From Polaribacter sp. (GTDB taxonomy: Bacteria; Bacteroidota; Bacteroidia; Flavobacteriales; Flavobacteriaceae): a DNA stretch of 39,547 nt. Under the pieces are notes generated by a model. The model was not told the DNA's origin. It saw only the letters and a program-made list of their open reading frames with translations, and did no database searches. How positions within the stretch are numbered: position 1 is the first letter of the stretch; every line of letters begins with the position of its first letter. Shown here in pieces: positions 1 through 9,396 of the stretch. The position numbers and the translations under genes were made by a program. The stretch lies in NCBI GenBank assembly GCA_047622545.1, contig JBLHOD010000001.1, positions 1-39,547 of the forward strand. The letters are read 5' to 3'.

Positions 1-10
1 CCACCCCGAC
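1..10 (+). tRNA. Probable 3' end of an upstream tRNA (tRNA-Pro-like acceptor end), truncated by the window edge
   Basis: CCACCCCGAC resembles the 3' acceptor strand of tRNA-Pro genes and lies 40 bp upstream of another tRNA; only 10 nt are visible. Confidence 0.35.
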
Positions 11-50
11 ATATTGAAGTTGTTTTTACAACTTAAAGAATTAAAGTATT

Positions 51-124
51 GGTTGCGTAGCTCAGCTGGATAGAGCAACTCACTTCTAATGAGTAGGTCC
101 CAGGTTCGAATCCTGGCGCGATCA
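51..124 (+). tRNA. tRNA-Arg (anticodon TCT), integration target
   Basis: Acceptor stem GGTTGCG/CGCGATC, D arm GCTCAGCTGGATAGAGC, anticodon stem ACTCA/TGAGT with TCT at 85-87, T loop GGTTCGAATCC. Confidence 0.97.
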
Positions 125-127
125 CAA
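113..127 (+). repeat. attL core (tRNA 3' end) CTGGCGCGATCACAA
   Basis: Identical 15-mer at 39421-39435; integrase gene starts about 100 bp downstream. Confidence 0.9.
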
Positions 128-129
128 GG

Positions 130-156
130 AAAACCACGAATTTGCGTGGTTTTTTT
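130..156 (+). terminator. Intrinsic terminator after the tRNA
   Basis: AAAACCACG-aatttg-CGTGGTTTT followed by a T-run. Confidence 0.75.
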
Positions 157-184
157 GTTTCTATTACTTTTTTATTTTACATTT

Positions 185-234
185 ACCGCAACAAAATGAA
201 ACATTTTAAAACATTTTTGCGGAAAATTTGCGGA
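185..234. promoter_or_regulatory. Putative integrase arm-type binding sites
   Basis: TTTGCGGA direct repeats at 216-223 and 227-234 (11-bp period) plus inverted CCGCAA at 186-191, between attL and int. Confidence 0.45.
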
Positions 235-1445
235 TGAAAATCGAATTAAAACTACTTAAAGCGAAAAAAAATACAACTGAAGGTTTTCCGTTGGTATTTG
301 AATTTTCGCACCAGGGAAAAAGAAAACAAAAAACAATTGGATTTTCAAAGATAGAACATTTTATTGATGATCATAAAGCAATTTCTGCAAAGCATCCTGA
401 TTTTGAAGTTTTGCATCCAATTATTACTGAATATAAAATTCTTGCAAGAAAAATTGTTTTATCCGGAATCGATGATGTGGAAAAAGCGTATAAAATGCTT
501 TTTGAAATGAATCAATCGGAACCATCTTTTAAAAAATATTTAGACATTTTATTTGCAGAAATGGAATCGCAAGTAAAAACATTCGAAAAAAATGGCAATA
601 TTCTTTATAGAAATAAAACTGCTGGTAATTTAAAAGTGTATAAAAATGTTTGGGCGCAATTTGAAAATATAATGAATGATCTTGCGGCATCTGAAATTAA
701 TTTCGCTATTTTGACTATTTTTAAAAATAATATGATTAATAAAGGAAATTCTAAAGCAACAATTCATGGCTATTTGTCGATTCTGCGTTCGCTTTATAAT
801 CAATCTAGTGTAAAGTATGGTTTTGAAAATTTAAAACCTTTTGCTGGTGTTTTTTCTGGTTTAAAAGTAAAATCTTATAATTCTAAAAAAAAGCATATTG
901 CGAAAGAAGATATTCAGAAATTAGAATCCTGGACTGGTCCAAAACTAAAAACCGAAGCGGTTGATTTTTTTCTGCTTCAATTCTACTTTGCTGGTGCTGA
1001 TTTAATTGATATTTACTATTTAGAAAATGCGCAATTGGTAAAAAATAGGCTATATTTTGAACGTGGAAAAACTTCTACAGGTAAATTAATTGATATTACA
1101 ATTCATCCAAAAGCGGCCGCAATTTTGAAAAAATACAAAAATAGCTCTAAATATGTTTTCGAATTTCGAAAAGACATTAAAGGTTATGAAACATTTAGAT
1201 CAAGATATGCAAAAAATTTAAGCAAAGTGCAGGAGCAGCTCGAGATTAATGTAATGCCAATTGGTGGAAATTTGGGTGTAAAAGTAGCACGACATACATT
1301 TGCAACCATTGGTAAAAACTTAATGATTGAAGCTGATATTCTACGCGAATTAATGGGCCACGAACGTGATGAAGTAGATAATTATTATAAAGATAAGTTT
1401 CCGCAAAAGGTTCGTGATGCCGCGCTTTTTGAAATTATTGGATAG
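228..1445 (+). CDS. Phage tyrosine integrase (Bacteroidota type); likely start ATG 234
   Basis: C-terminal ARHTFAT ... LMGH ... NYY catalytic motifs, N-terminal arm-binding-like beta region, central SAM-like region (ATIHGYLSILRSLYN); adjacent to attL. Confidence 0.93.
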   Translation: MRMKIELKLLKAKKNTTEGFPLVFEFSHQGKRKQKTIGFSKIEHFIDDHKAISAKHPDFEVLHPIITEYKILARKIVLSGIDDVEKAYKMLFEMNQSEPSFKKYLDILFAEMESQVKTFEKNGNILYRNKTAGNLKVYKNVWAQFENIMNDLAASEINFAILTIFKNNMINKGNSKATIHGYLSILRSLYNQSSVKYGFENLKPFAGVFSGLKVKSYNSKKKHIAKEDIQKLESWTGPKLKTEAVDFFLLQFYFAGADLIDIYYLENAQLVKNRLYFERGKTSTGKLIDITIHPKAAAILKKYKNSSKYVFEFRKDIKGYETFRSRYAKNLSKVQEQLEINVMPIGGNLGVKVARHTFATIGKNLMIEADILRELMGHERDEVDNYYKDKFPQKVRDAALFEIIG

Positions 1446-1806
1446 TAATTTCTTTAGTTTCAATTGCTGATTCAATATCAATATACAATGGAATCATACC
1501 AAAATCTTTTGATACTATATAAGCTTTTAAAAATCCATTACTAAGTTTAAAAACTTCGATTTTATTGATTTTTAATATTGAATTTGAAAGTTTTGAATCT
1601 GCATTATTGTTTCCTTGTGTTAGAAACAGAAAATATTCTTTGTTCCAGGGATAGCCAATTACTATTTTTTCATCAACTTTAAAAATAGATCCATCCTTGG
1701 AAATATATTCTGTTAATTTTCCTTCTTCGTTTAATTCGTTAAATTTTCCTGTTTGGGAAAAGCAAATGCTGGTGAAAAATAATGCTGCTATGAATATTTT
1801 TTTCAT
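1435..1806 (-). CDS. Exported hypothetical protein in the lysogeny module
   Basis: Signal peptide MKKIFIAALFFTSICFSQ; co-oriented downstream of the repressor. Confidence 0.7.
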   Translation of the reverse strand: MKKIFIAALFFTSICFSQTGKFNELNEEGKLTEYISKDGSIFKVDEKIVIGYPWNKEYFLFLTQGNNNADSKLSNSILKINKIEVFKLSNGFLKAYIVSKDFGMIPLYIDIESAIETKEITIQ

Positions 1807-1839
1807 TATAAATTGTTTTAAATCAAATATAGTAAAAAT

Positions 1840-2211
1840 TTAAAATTTAATATTATTTTCATTTAGTAATTTTTTTAATTTAATATTTTCAATTAGAAGT
1901 TCATTTCTTTCTTCTAGGCAAAAAATATACTCATTTGTGTAATTTTTTAATTCAGAAGCTTCTTTTGTTTCGTTTAATGTGGATAATTCTTTATTTAATG
2001 ATGTTCCTAAAACTTTACTTTCTAGGTATTCTAATATTGTATTCAGTGTTTTTTCTTGTGGATTTTTTACAATACCACTTAAGATTTTATCTATTCCCGA
2101 TACGCTAAGTTTGGTTTTTTTACCTATTTCATATGATGTTATTTCTAATTCTAACACTTTTTCGATAATAAAATTTAGCTTTTGTTTTTTGCTTAAACCG
2201 TACATAATCAA
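1840..2211 (-). CDS. XRE/CI-like HTH repressor of prophage A
   Basis: HTH pattern ITSYEIGKKTKLSVSGIDKILSG..KNPQEKTLNTI; divergent from the early operon. Confidence 0.8.
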   Translation of the reverse strand: MIMYGLSKKQKLNFIIEKVLELEITSYEIGKKTKLSVSGIDKILSGIVKNPQEKTLNTILEYLESKVLGTSLNKELSTLNETKEASELKNYTNEYIFCLEERNELLIENIKLKKLLNENNIKF

Positions 2212-2337
2212 TTATTTAAAGTTATTTTATAAAATATAATACACAATAATTGTACATCTATTTTTATTTGTGATATAAATGTGATACATTTGTGTTATAA
2301 TAATTCACATTATATATAATACAAATATACAAAAGTT
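2212..2337. promoter_or_regulatory. Divergent genetic-switch region of prophage A
   Basis: Repeated TGTGAT/TGTGTT and inverted ACACA/TCACA half-sites; Bacteroidota -7-like TACATTTG at 2285-2292. Confidence 0.55.
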
Positions 2338-2601
2338 ATGCCGAAAATTAAATCTAAAAACATGAAACAAAGAGATTTTAAAACTTTAAGAAGATTTAAT
2401 ATAGCTTCTGATTCATGTAATGTTTTAAAAAATTTCTTTCAAAAAGGTTTTAAAAATTTTCATGCCTTATTTGCAATTGTGCAAAACTTTCATCCAGAGA
2501 TAACTGAAAAAATGCTTTGGGATTTTTGGCATTTTAGAAAATTTGACGAAAAGATGTTAAATGTGTTGGAAGGTGTTTATGAAAAATTAAAAGCTGAATA
2601 A
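2338..2601 (+). CDS. First early gene, Cro position, hypothetical
   Basis: Position divergent to the repressor; abuts the next ORF. Confidence 0.65.
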   Translation: MPKIKSKNMKQRDFKTLRRFNIASDSCNVLKNFFQKGFKNFHALFAIVQNFHPEITEKMLWDFWHFRKFDEKMLNVLEGVYEKLKAE

Positions 2602-2910
2602 ATGAATACTGTAATCAACACCGCTGAATTTATCCAAACATTAAAACGAGAAGGTTTAATAATTGTTTCAATTGCTGAATTGGATCGTTTGAGTTTTAAA
2701 AAACAAAATCAAAAACGCGATATGCTTTTGGCTCGAAAATCTTTAACTCTTTTAGAGATTATTAAATTAGATATTTTGCCAATTAAAACAAAACAAGGTA
2801 TTCGTGCCTGGATAGAAAATGGTAAAATATTAGCAGCAGAAGTTTCTAATTCTTTTGATGGAAAAATTAAAATACAAACATCATTTTTAAAAAGATTAGG
2901 CTATGTGTAA
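2602..2910 (+). CDS. Putative excisionase-like/HTH DNA-binding protein
   Basis: Basic 102-aa protein with HTH-like TKQGIRAWIENGKI; early operon position. Confidence 0.5.
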   Translation: MNTVINTAEFIQTLKREGLIIVSIAELDRLSFKKQNQKRDMLLARKSLTLLEIIKLDILPIKTKQGIRAWIENGKILAAEVSNSFDGKIKIQTSFLKRLGYV

Positions 2911-3085
2911 AAAAGTAATTCGTATGCCTAAATCGGCTGCAAATAATGCTGCTGAATTTGTAGTAACCAATTCTAAAGTTGGTAAAACTTATGCTTCTAA
3001 ATGCAAAAGTAATATATGTTCGCCACAATATATTATAGACACTATTTCTGAATGTTCAATCTGTAAAAAAATAAAATCATGTTAG
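2903..3085 (+). CDS. Small Cys-rich phage protein
   Basis: Overlapping start/stop coupling on both sides; CxxC at the C-terminus. Confidence 0.55.
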   Translation: MCKKVIRMPKSAANNAAEFVVTNSKVGKTYASKCKSNICSPQYIIDTISECSICKKIKSC

Positions 3086-3291
3086 CTTATTTAGTACTTA
3101 TCGGAATTTTTGTTGGTTTTACTGTTTCAATCTTAATTATGATTAAATGGTTTTTTAGAGATTATGCGATTTATCAAAATTCTATGAAACATAAATCAAA
3201 TGATCTACACGATTGTGATGATTATATAATCTGTGATGAAGGTCATCCAGAAAAACCTTTTAAATGTAAATTCTGTGGAAAAAGATATTAA
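3079..3291 (+). CDS. Small membrane protein with C-terminal Zn-finger-like motif
   Basis: N-terminal hydrophobic helix, C-terminal CKFCGK. Confidence 0.55.
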   Translation: MLAYLVLIGIFVGFTVSILIMIKWFFRDYAIYQNSMKHKSNDLHDCDDYIICDEGHPEKPFKCKFCGKRY

Positions 3292-3436
3292 AGATAAAAT
3301 AGTAATTGCAGTGCTTTATGTTTTGATGTTTATATCAATATGTGCAATTATTCAATGTTTATACGAAAGGCATCTAATTATAAAGCAAATTGAAATGCAT
3401 GAAGCCAAATTAAAAGAATTATTAACTAAAAATTAA
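3233..3436 (+). CDS. Small single-TM hypothetical protein (true start probably downstream)
   Basis: Hydrophobic stretch IVIAVLYVLMFISICAII; fills the operon gap. Confidence 0.45.
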   Translation: MMKVIQKNLLNVNSVEKDIKDKIVIAVLYVLMFISICAIIQCLYERHLIIKQIEMHEAKLKELLTKN

Positions 3437-3442
3437 ATACAA

Positions 3443-3862
3443 ATGGAAAAACAAATTTTACAATCGGAATCTGCTGAAGATAGATTGGAACAGTTGAAAA
3501 ATTCTGCTGATAAAGTTGAAAAATTTTCTTATCCGCGTGAGCTTTCAAATGGTGAAGTTCAGGAATTGCAAGGAAGATTATCGCAAGATATGATTTTTGT
3601 GGACCAGGAAGAACAAAAATTAAAAGTAGCAAAAGAGATTTTTAAAAGTGCAGTTAAACCTGTAAAGCAGCAATTAGCTTCAAATCTTACAATGATTAGA
3701 ACACAAGTAGAAGAAGTGACTGAAGATGTTTATTTGTTAAAAGATGTTGCAGAAGGCAAAATGGGTTATTACTCAAAATATGGAAAATTGGTTTTTGAAC
3801 GTAGTTTAAAATCAGATGAAATGCAATATAGTATTCAAGAACATTTAAGAAAAGCTAATTAA
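3443..3862 (+). CDS. Coiled-coil phage early protein
   Basis: 139-aa ORF with A-rich leader, tightly coupled to the next gene. Confidence 0.8.
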   Translation: MEKQILQSESAEDRLEQLKNSADKVEKFSYPRELSNGEVQELQGRLSQDMIFVDQEEQKLKVAKEIFKSAVKPVKQQLASNLTMIRTQVEEVTEDVYLLKDVAEGKMGYYSKYGKLVFERSLKSDEMQYSIQEHLRKAN

Positions 3863-3864
3863 TC

Positions 3865-4578
3865 ATGGAAAGTAACTTAAAAATAAACGTTGAAGCTGGA
3901 ATCAAAGAATTAGTAATTCGTGAAGGAAAAGCAAACGAAGTTCATGTTCCAAGTGGAATTTCTTTAAATAATTTAACAATCGATTCTGTTAAAGAATATT
4001 TAACCAAAAAAGGAATAAAAGAAACTGAAATTGAAAATAGTTTTGTTTTGTTTTCTTATGAAGAAAAAACCATTGAATTGCTTTATGCTGCAAGAATTGA
4101 AAATCCTGATAGAATAAAAGGTGAAGTTCGACTTCATCCAGATTTGAAAAAATTTGAAATCAATGAAGGAAGAAGATATACAACTTTTCAGTTGGCTGAT
4201 TTCATCCGAATGAACAGACACTTTTTTGAAACTAAAGATGTTGCTTTAAAATTAGAAAATGTACTTAGAAATTTTACTGCTGATGTAGATAGAAGGGTTG
4301 AAGCTTCAGATGATAAGCGTGCTAATGTAAAAGCAAGTATTGTTCAAACAGTAAAAACAAATATTCCGGAAAACTTTACATTAAAACTTCCTGTTTTTGT
4401 TGGATCAGAACCAATTCCTGTTTTGGTTGAAATTGATATTAATTCTACAGATATAAGTTGCTCGTTAATGTCGCCAAACTTAAAAGAATTAATTGATGTT
4501 GAAACAAAAGCAATTATTGATGTTGAGTTAGATGCTGTTAAAAAATTGTATCCTGAATTAAGAATCTTTCAAAAATAA
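3865..4578 (+). CDS. Phage early hypothetical protein (possibly YfdQ/DUF2303-like)
   Basis: 237-aa ORF; C-terminal IPENFTLKLPVFVG is reminiscent of that family; assignment by eye. Confidence 0.6.
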   Translation: MESNLKINVEAGIKELVIREGKANEVHVPSGISLNNLTIDSVKEYLTKKGIKETEIENSFVLFSYEEKTIELLYAARIENPDRIKGEVRLHPDLKKFEINEGRRYTTFQLADFIRMNRHFFETKDVALKLENVLRNFTADVDRRVEASDDKRANVKASIVQTVKTNIPENFTLKLPVFVGSEPIPVLVEIDINSTDISCSLMSPNLKELIDVETKAIIDVELDAVKKLYPELRIFQK

Positions 4579-4584
4579 TTAACA

Positions 4585-4926
4585 ATGAACGCTACTACCT
4601 ACACATACAACGAAGCGAAAGCAAAACAAGTAGAAAATGCAGTAATGCAAGTTTTTCAATGCAGTATATCTGATTTAATTGGTAATTCCGATACGCAGTA
4701 TAAAAAGGTAGTAGTGTTTATTTTAAATAAGCTGCTAGGTTACGATAAAAGAAATATTGGTGTTGCTTACTCTATAACTTATTTGTTCGTGCCAACAGTT
4801 GTAAATGAAATCGAAAACGAATTTCTTCTAAATTTTGAAATGCGTAAAAAAATAACCGAAGTAACTAAAATTATAGGATATGAAAGCAGATGCTTGGAAG
4901 AAAGAAGAATTGAATTTGTTGCATAA
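4585..4926 (+). CDS. Hypothetical helical protein
   Basis: In-operon ORF overlapping the next gene. Confidence 0.6.
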   Translation: MNATTYTYNEAKAKQVENAVMQVFQCSISDLIGNSDTQYKKVVVFILNKLLGYDKRNIGVAYSITYLFVPTVVNEIENEFLLNFEMRKKITEVTKIIGYESRCLEERRIEFVA

Positions 4927-5758
4927 AATATATGCAAATTCTAATAAAACGGTTTTAATTGCTTCTTTTCCAAATAGATCATATGGAGCTTTAAAAAATA
5001 GAGCAACACTTTTAGGATTAAAAAAAGCTATTGGATTTTCGGGAAAAAAGAGTTGGAAAGAAGAAGAAAAAACAGAATTCAAGAAAATATTTGCTACTGT
5101 TTCTAATCCAGAATTAGCTATAAAATTCGAATGTACGATTAATTCTGTAACACATTTATCTAGCAAATTAGGTTTAAAAAAATCGATTGAATTTAAAAAA
5201 CAAATGGTTTCGAAAAACTTTTTAGAAGCAGGAAAAAAAACACGATTCAATCCTGGTGATGTTCCACATTCGAAAGGAAGAAAACGCGAAGAATGGATGA
5301 GTAAAGAAGGAGTTCTTAAAATGAACAAAACGCAATTTAAAAAAGGATCTGTTCCGCATAATCATAAAGAATTAGGAAATGAACGCGTTACAAAGGATGG
5401 ATATATTGAAATTAAAGTAAATGATTTTCATGGAGAAAAATCAAAGAAAAATTATCAATTAAAGCAACGAATTGTTTGGGAACAACATAATGGTCCAATT
5501 CCTAAAAAAATGAATGTAGCGTTTAAAGAATCAGCTTCAAAAACTGAATTTACAGTTGATGATTTGTATTTAGAATCTAATATAGAAAATATGAATCGAA
5601 ATGCAATGTGTGATGATTCAATAGTAAAAAGGTTTTTAGGAATTACAGCACAAAATCAGGTTGAGTTTATAAAAGATAAACTTCCTGAAATTATTGAACT
5701 AAAAAGAAATCATATAAAATTAACTAAACAAATAAAAGATCATGTTAAATCAAATTAA
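4880..5758 (+). CDS. HNH-endonuclease-related protein with N-terminal helical repeats; nuclease motif appears degenerate
   Basis: W..EE repeats, TRFNPG/TQFKKG motifs, ERVTKDGYIEIK, RIVWEQHNGPIP; the expected catalytic His/Asn residues are not evident. Confidence 0.7.
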   Translation: MKADAWKKEELNLLHKIYANSNKTVLIASFPNRSYGALKNRATLLGLKKAIGFSGKKSWKEEEKTEFKKIFATVSNPELAIKFECTINSVTHLSSKLGLKKSIEFKKQMVSKNFLEAGKKTRFNPGDVPHSKGRKREEWMSKEGVLKMNKTQFKKGSVPHNHKELGNERVTKDGYIEIKVNDFHGEKSKKNYQLKQRIVWEQHNGPIPKKMNVAFKESASKTEFTVDDLYLESNIENMNRNAMCDDSIVKRFLGITAQNQVEFIKDKLPEIIELKRNHIKLTKQIKDHVKSN

Positions 5759-6170
5759 AGAAACATTAGAAGGTAAAGTTTTCATCTATCAAGAAGCAGC
5801 GCATTTGCCAAAAAGAGAATTAGTATGTGAAAGCGTTGAAAGTAAAGGTGATAAAATAATTATTTCAACAAATGCAAGAACATTTGCTATTTATCCATTT
5901 GATGCTGAAGATTTTTTAAGTAAGTGTAAAGTTTTGGAAAAATCATCGCACGAAGTAGTGATTCATAAGCCATCGCAAAAAGATGTATATCAAGTGGCAG
6001 AATACTGTGAAGATGTTTCTATATCATTAAAATCTATGTTCGATAAGATTGTTTCGGGCAAAGCTTCTGATAAAGAGATTCAAGGCTCCAAAGCAGCTAT
6101 ATCTGTTGCAGGAAAGATTATTGATATAGAAAAGATTAAGCTAGGTTATTTAATCTTAAATCATAAGTAA
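5742..6170 (+). CDS. Hypothetical phage protein
   Basis: 142-aa ORF coupled to both neighbours. Confidence 0.7.
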   Translation: MLNQIKETLEGKVFIYQEAAHLPKRELVCESVESKGDKIIISTNARTFAIYPFDAEDFLSKCKVLEKSSHEVVIHKPSQKDVYQVAEYCEDVSISLKSMFDKIVSGKASDKEIQGSKAAISVAGKIIDIEKIKLGYLILNHK

Positions 6171-6171
6171 A

Positions 6172-6912
6172 ATGATATTTCAGTTCGATAGTAAAATAGC
6201 AGAAGATTATGGCATAAACGAAGCCGTTTTTGTACATAATATATTCTTCTGGATAAATCATAACAAAGCCAATAATAAGCATTGCTATGAGGATAAATAT
6301 TGGACTTACAATACAAAGATGGCATACGTAAAATTGTTTCCTTTTTGGACCTATGAGCAAGTAAAAAAGATAATAAGAAATCTAGTAGAAAAAGATGTTT
6401 TATTAACCGCTAATTTCAACGAAAACAGCTGGGATAAAACATTGTGGTACACCTTAACAGATGAAGTTCTTTTTTATTACGAAAGTATGCTTAACCCTAG
6501 TAAAAATGCATTGGTGCAAAAACAACAATCGAGTGTTGCAAAAACAACAGTCGATAGTGGAAATAACAACAATCGAATGTTGCAAAAGCAACTTTCATAT
6601 ATAGGAACAGATAATAAAACACATATAATAAAACCAGATAGTGAAAATGCACTCGCTTTTTTTAAAGATAATTTTCCTTCGAGATATGAAAAGTTTTTAA
6701 TGGAATATAAATCAAAGATAAAAGACTTTGCAAAATTCGAAAAACTGATAGAATTGAAAATGGAAGAAGAAAGTACACCATACGAACAAAAACCAATAAT
6801 TGCTAGAATAGAACGATTTGCAATTAACTTCATTGAAAACGATACGAAAGTCATTAGAATGAATCATCAACAACCAGAGCAAAAACAAGCCTACCAAGAC
6901 CTTATATTTTAA
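6172..6912 (+). CDS. Phage replication initiator (replisome organiser)
   Basis: N-terminal wHTH-type YGINEAVF..FWI..YWTYNT..LFPFW; internal iterons; directly upstream of DnaB. Confidence 0.8.
   Translation: MIFQFDSKIAEDYGINEAVFVHNIFFWINHNKANNKHCYEDKYWTYNTKMAYVKLFPFWTYEQVKKIIRNLVEKDVLLTANFNENSWDKTLWYTLTDEVLFYYESMLNPSKNALVQKQQSSVAKTTVDSGNNNNRMLQKQLSYIGTDNKTHIIKPDSENALAFFKDNFPSRYEKFLMEYKSKIKDFAKFEKLIELKMEEESTPYEQKPIIARIERFAINFIENDTKVIRMNHQQPEQKQAYQDLIF
6515..6592 (+). repeat. Four ~22-bp iterons inside the initiator gene (putative origin of prophage A)
   Basis: TGCAAAAACAACAATCG.. at 6515, TGCAAAAACAACAGTCG at 6537, TGGAAATAACAACAATCG at 6558, TGCAAAAGCAAC at 6581. Confidence 0.75.
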
Positions 6913-6918
6913 AACTAA

Positions 6919-8412
6919 ATGGAAACAACAAACTTACATAAAGGATTCGTGCCGCCACAAGCAATTGAAATAGAAGATGCTGTATTGGGTGCTGCAATAG
7001 TAGATGCTTCTGGATTGGATGAAATGATGATGATTTTAAAAACAGAAGAAATGTTTTATAAAGAATCATCAAGATTTATTTATACAGCAATCAAATCATT
7101 ATTTGAAAACGGAAGTCCAATTGATTTAATGACTGTATCACAAAAATTAAAATCGTTTGGAAAATTAGAATTAGCTGGTGGTGATTTTGCTTTAATAGAA
7201 TTAACACAAAAAGTTTCTTCTTCTGCTCACATGGAATACTGGTGTAGATTGATTCAGCAAAAATATATTGCGCGTGAGATAATAAAATTCAATACTCAAA
7301 CAACTGCATTAGCCTATGATGAAGGAACAGATATATTTGAATTAATGGGAAGGTTGCAAATGCAATTTGATGAAATATCAAACGTAACATTAACCGGAAG
7401 GAAATCGAAATCATTCAAAGAAAACTTATCTGATCTATCTAAACGAATTGAGCACCTATCACATCAAGCAGAAACTAATGAATTGATTGGAGTGCATACA
7501 GGCTTTAAACGTGTAAATAAGTTTACAGGTGGTTATCATAACCAAGAATTGATAATATTAGCAGCGCGTCCTGGTATGGGTAAAACTTCTATGGTTTTAA
7601 AAACAGTTATAGAGAATGCAAAGATTGATAATGCAGTAGGTTTTATTTCTTTGGAAATGTCTGTGATGCAGTTAACAGCAAGAGCTGTTGCAATTGATAC
7701 TAACTTTCATTTATCACAATTGATTAAGACAGGATTCGAAAAACAAAAGTACTTTGAATCATATGCTAATCACTCACATAGAATGGGTAGTTATCCAATA
7801 TACATTGATGATGCATCTGAATCTGATATTAATACAGTCATATTGAAAGCCCGATTTTGGAAGCGTAAGTACGATATTAAGCTATTGGTTATTGATTATC
7901 TACAATTGATGAAGGATGTTTCTGTAAAAGGAAATCGTGAGCAGGAAATCAGTTCTATTAGTAGAAGATTAAAGATGTTAGCTAAAGAGTTAGATATTCC
8001 TATAATAGCCTTATCGCAATTAAGTAGAGCAGTAGAAACGCGTGGTTCAAGTAAAAGACCGTTACTGTCTGATTTACGTGAGAGTGGAGCAATTGAACAG
8101 GATGCAGATATAATACAATTTCTTTATCGACCAGAGTATTATAAGATTGAATTGGAAGGACCAGAGTTTGAACGTATGGTTGATGAAGGAGGTAATACTG
8201 AATTGATATTCGCTAAGTATAGAAGCGGTTCTGTAGGTACATCATTTTTAAAATGGATTGGTGATAAGACTAAGTTCGTTGATCCAACAGATGAAACAGA
8301 AAACTATATGCAGCATCCAGATGATTATGAAGAAAGTAAAGCGCTACCAAGTCCAACAGTTAATGAAGCATTCGATATAGAAGATAATCCTAAAGATGAT
8401 ATTCCTTTTTAA
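6919..8412 (+). CDS. dnaB: Phage-encoded replicative DNA helicase
   Basis: PPQAIEIE N-terminus, AARPGMGKT Walker A, SLEM, VIDYLQL, LSQLSR, SDLRESGAIEQDAD. Confidence 0.97.
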   Translation: METTNLHKGFVPPQAIEIEDAVLGAAIVDASGLDEMMMILKTEEMFYKESSRFIYTAIKSLFENGSPIDLMTVSQKLKSFGKLELAGGDFALIELTQKVSSSAHMEYWCRLIQQKYIAREIIKFNTQTTALAYDEGTDIFELMGRLQMQFDEISNVTLTGRKSKSFKENLSDLSKRIEHLSHQAETNELIGVHTGFKRVNKFTGGYHNQELIILAARPGMGKTSMVLKTVIENAKIDNAVGFISLEMSVMQLTARAVAIDTNFHLSQLIKTGFEKQKYFESYANHSHRMGSYPIYIDDASESDINTVILKARFWKRKYDIKLLVIDYLQLMKDVSVKGNREQEISSISRRLKMLAKELDIPIIALSQLSRAVETRGSSKRPLLSDLRESGAIEQDADIIQFLYRPEYYKIELEGPEFERMVDEGGNTELIFAKYRSGSVGTSFLKWIGDKTKFVDPTDETENYMQHPDDYEESKALPSPTVNEAFDIEDNPKDDIPF

Positions 8413-8414
8413 TC

Positions 8415-8714
8415 ATGGCAAAGAAACCACAAACAATCAAAAGAAGTTGGGTGCAAGAACGCAAGCCTTTCGAACGTGAGAACTCTAATACAGAATTCTA
8501 TAACAGTTGGCCCTGGAGAAAGTTGCGCAAAAGATTCCTAGCAGCTAATCCTTTATGTGTTGATTGCGAAGCTAAAGATATGATTACTAAATCTACAGTT
8601 GCAGATCATATAGTTAGGATTAATGCTGGAGGTGAACCGCTAAACGAAAAGAACTTGCAAGCATTATGTGAACATCATCATAATAAAAAATCTGCATTTG
8701 AATCTAGGAAATAG
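8415..8714 (+). CDS. Terminase-associated HNH endonuclease (HK97 gp74-like)
   Basis: FY.S..WRKLR, PLCVDC, VADHI, NLQALC..HH; immediately upstream of terS. Confidence 0.9.
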   Translation: MAKKPQTIKRSWVQERKPFERENSNTEFYNSWPWRKLRKRFLAANPLCVDCEAKDMITKSTVADHIVRINAGGEPLNEKNLQALCEHHHNKKSAFESRK

Positions 8715-8810
8715 GGGTATGGGGTAAAATCACAAACAGATAGCGAAGCGCCTACATCGCTGTTTAGTTGAAATTTTACTCGAAGTAAATAATTAGGTAG
8801 GGGGGTGTAA
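8713..8810. other. Putative cos/packaging-site region of prophage A
   Basis: G-rich blocks GGGGTATGGGG and GGTAGGGGGG between HNH and terS, the usual position of cos in HNH/P27-TerS phages. Confidence 0.45.
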
Positions 8811-8829
8811 CAAGTTAAGCGTTAATATT

Positions 8830-9306
8830 ATGAGTAAAGCAAATTTAAAAGTTATCAAAGGTGATGGGGAAGAAAAAAAAGTAAATTCAAATCTTTATGA
8901 GATTTTGAAAAAGCTTCCGGCTCCAATTGTAAAAATGAAATTAACGGTGGACCAAAAATATTGGTACAACTATTTTGGTACTCAATTAATCGAATCCGAA
9001 AAACTAACAAAACCAGATTTAATTCATCTTCATAGATTATCAACTTCTGTAGATTATTACATTCAAGCAGAAAATGAAATTCGTAAAAAAGGATTTCATG
9101 GTGGATTAATTCAAACCTTCAAAGGTGGAGCAACAAACGTTTCTGGATACGTTACAATTCGCGAAAAAATGCTAAAAGATATTGATGAATTATCTAAACA
9201 TTTTGGCTTCAGTTTCAAAGATAGATCAAAGCTTCAAGAAACATCAAATACTAATCCAGGACAAACTTCATTATTTGATGAATTCTTAAAAGCTAAACAT
9301 GGATAA
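8830..9306 (+). CDS. terS: Terminase small subunit, P27 family
   Basis: Follows HNH; C-terminal LSKHFGFSFKDRSKL matches the P27-type 'FG.TP..R..L' pattern. Confidence 0.8.
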   Translation: MSKANLKVIKGDGEEKKVNSNLYEILKKLPAPIVKMKLTVDQKYWYNYFGTQLIESEKLTKPDLIHLHRLSTSVDYYIQAENEIRKKGFHGGLIQTFKGGATNVSGYVTIREKMLKDIDELSKHFGFSFKDRSKLQETSNTNPGQTSLFDEFLKAKHG

Positions 9307-9308
9307 TT

Positions 9309-9374
9309 ATGAAACTAACAAAAATATTTTTTCTAACATTTTTTTTATCATTTTCTGTAATGGCTTTTGGATAA
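9309..9374 (+). pseudogene. 21-aa signal-peptide-like ORF ending at the first cassette core site
   Basis: MKLTKIFFLTFFLSFSVMAFG* starts 2 nt after the terS stop; its stop TAA is part of GGATAAC. Confidence 0.35.
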
Positions 9375-9396
9375 CGTTCCCACGATAGGGGCTTTT

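Noticed and set aside
228-1445. Integrase as the integron integrase (IntI) for the cassette array
   Set aside because: It has phage-integrase architecture (arm-binding + SAM-like domains), sits at the tRNA att site 8 kb from the array, and shows no recognisable IntI-specific insertion. Activity in trans is not excluded.
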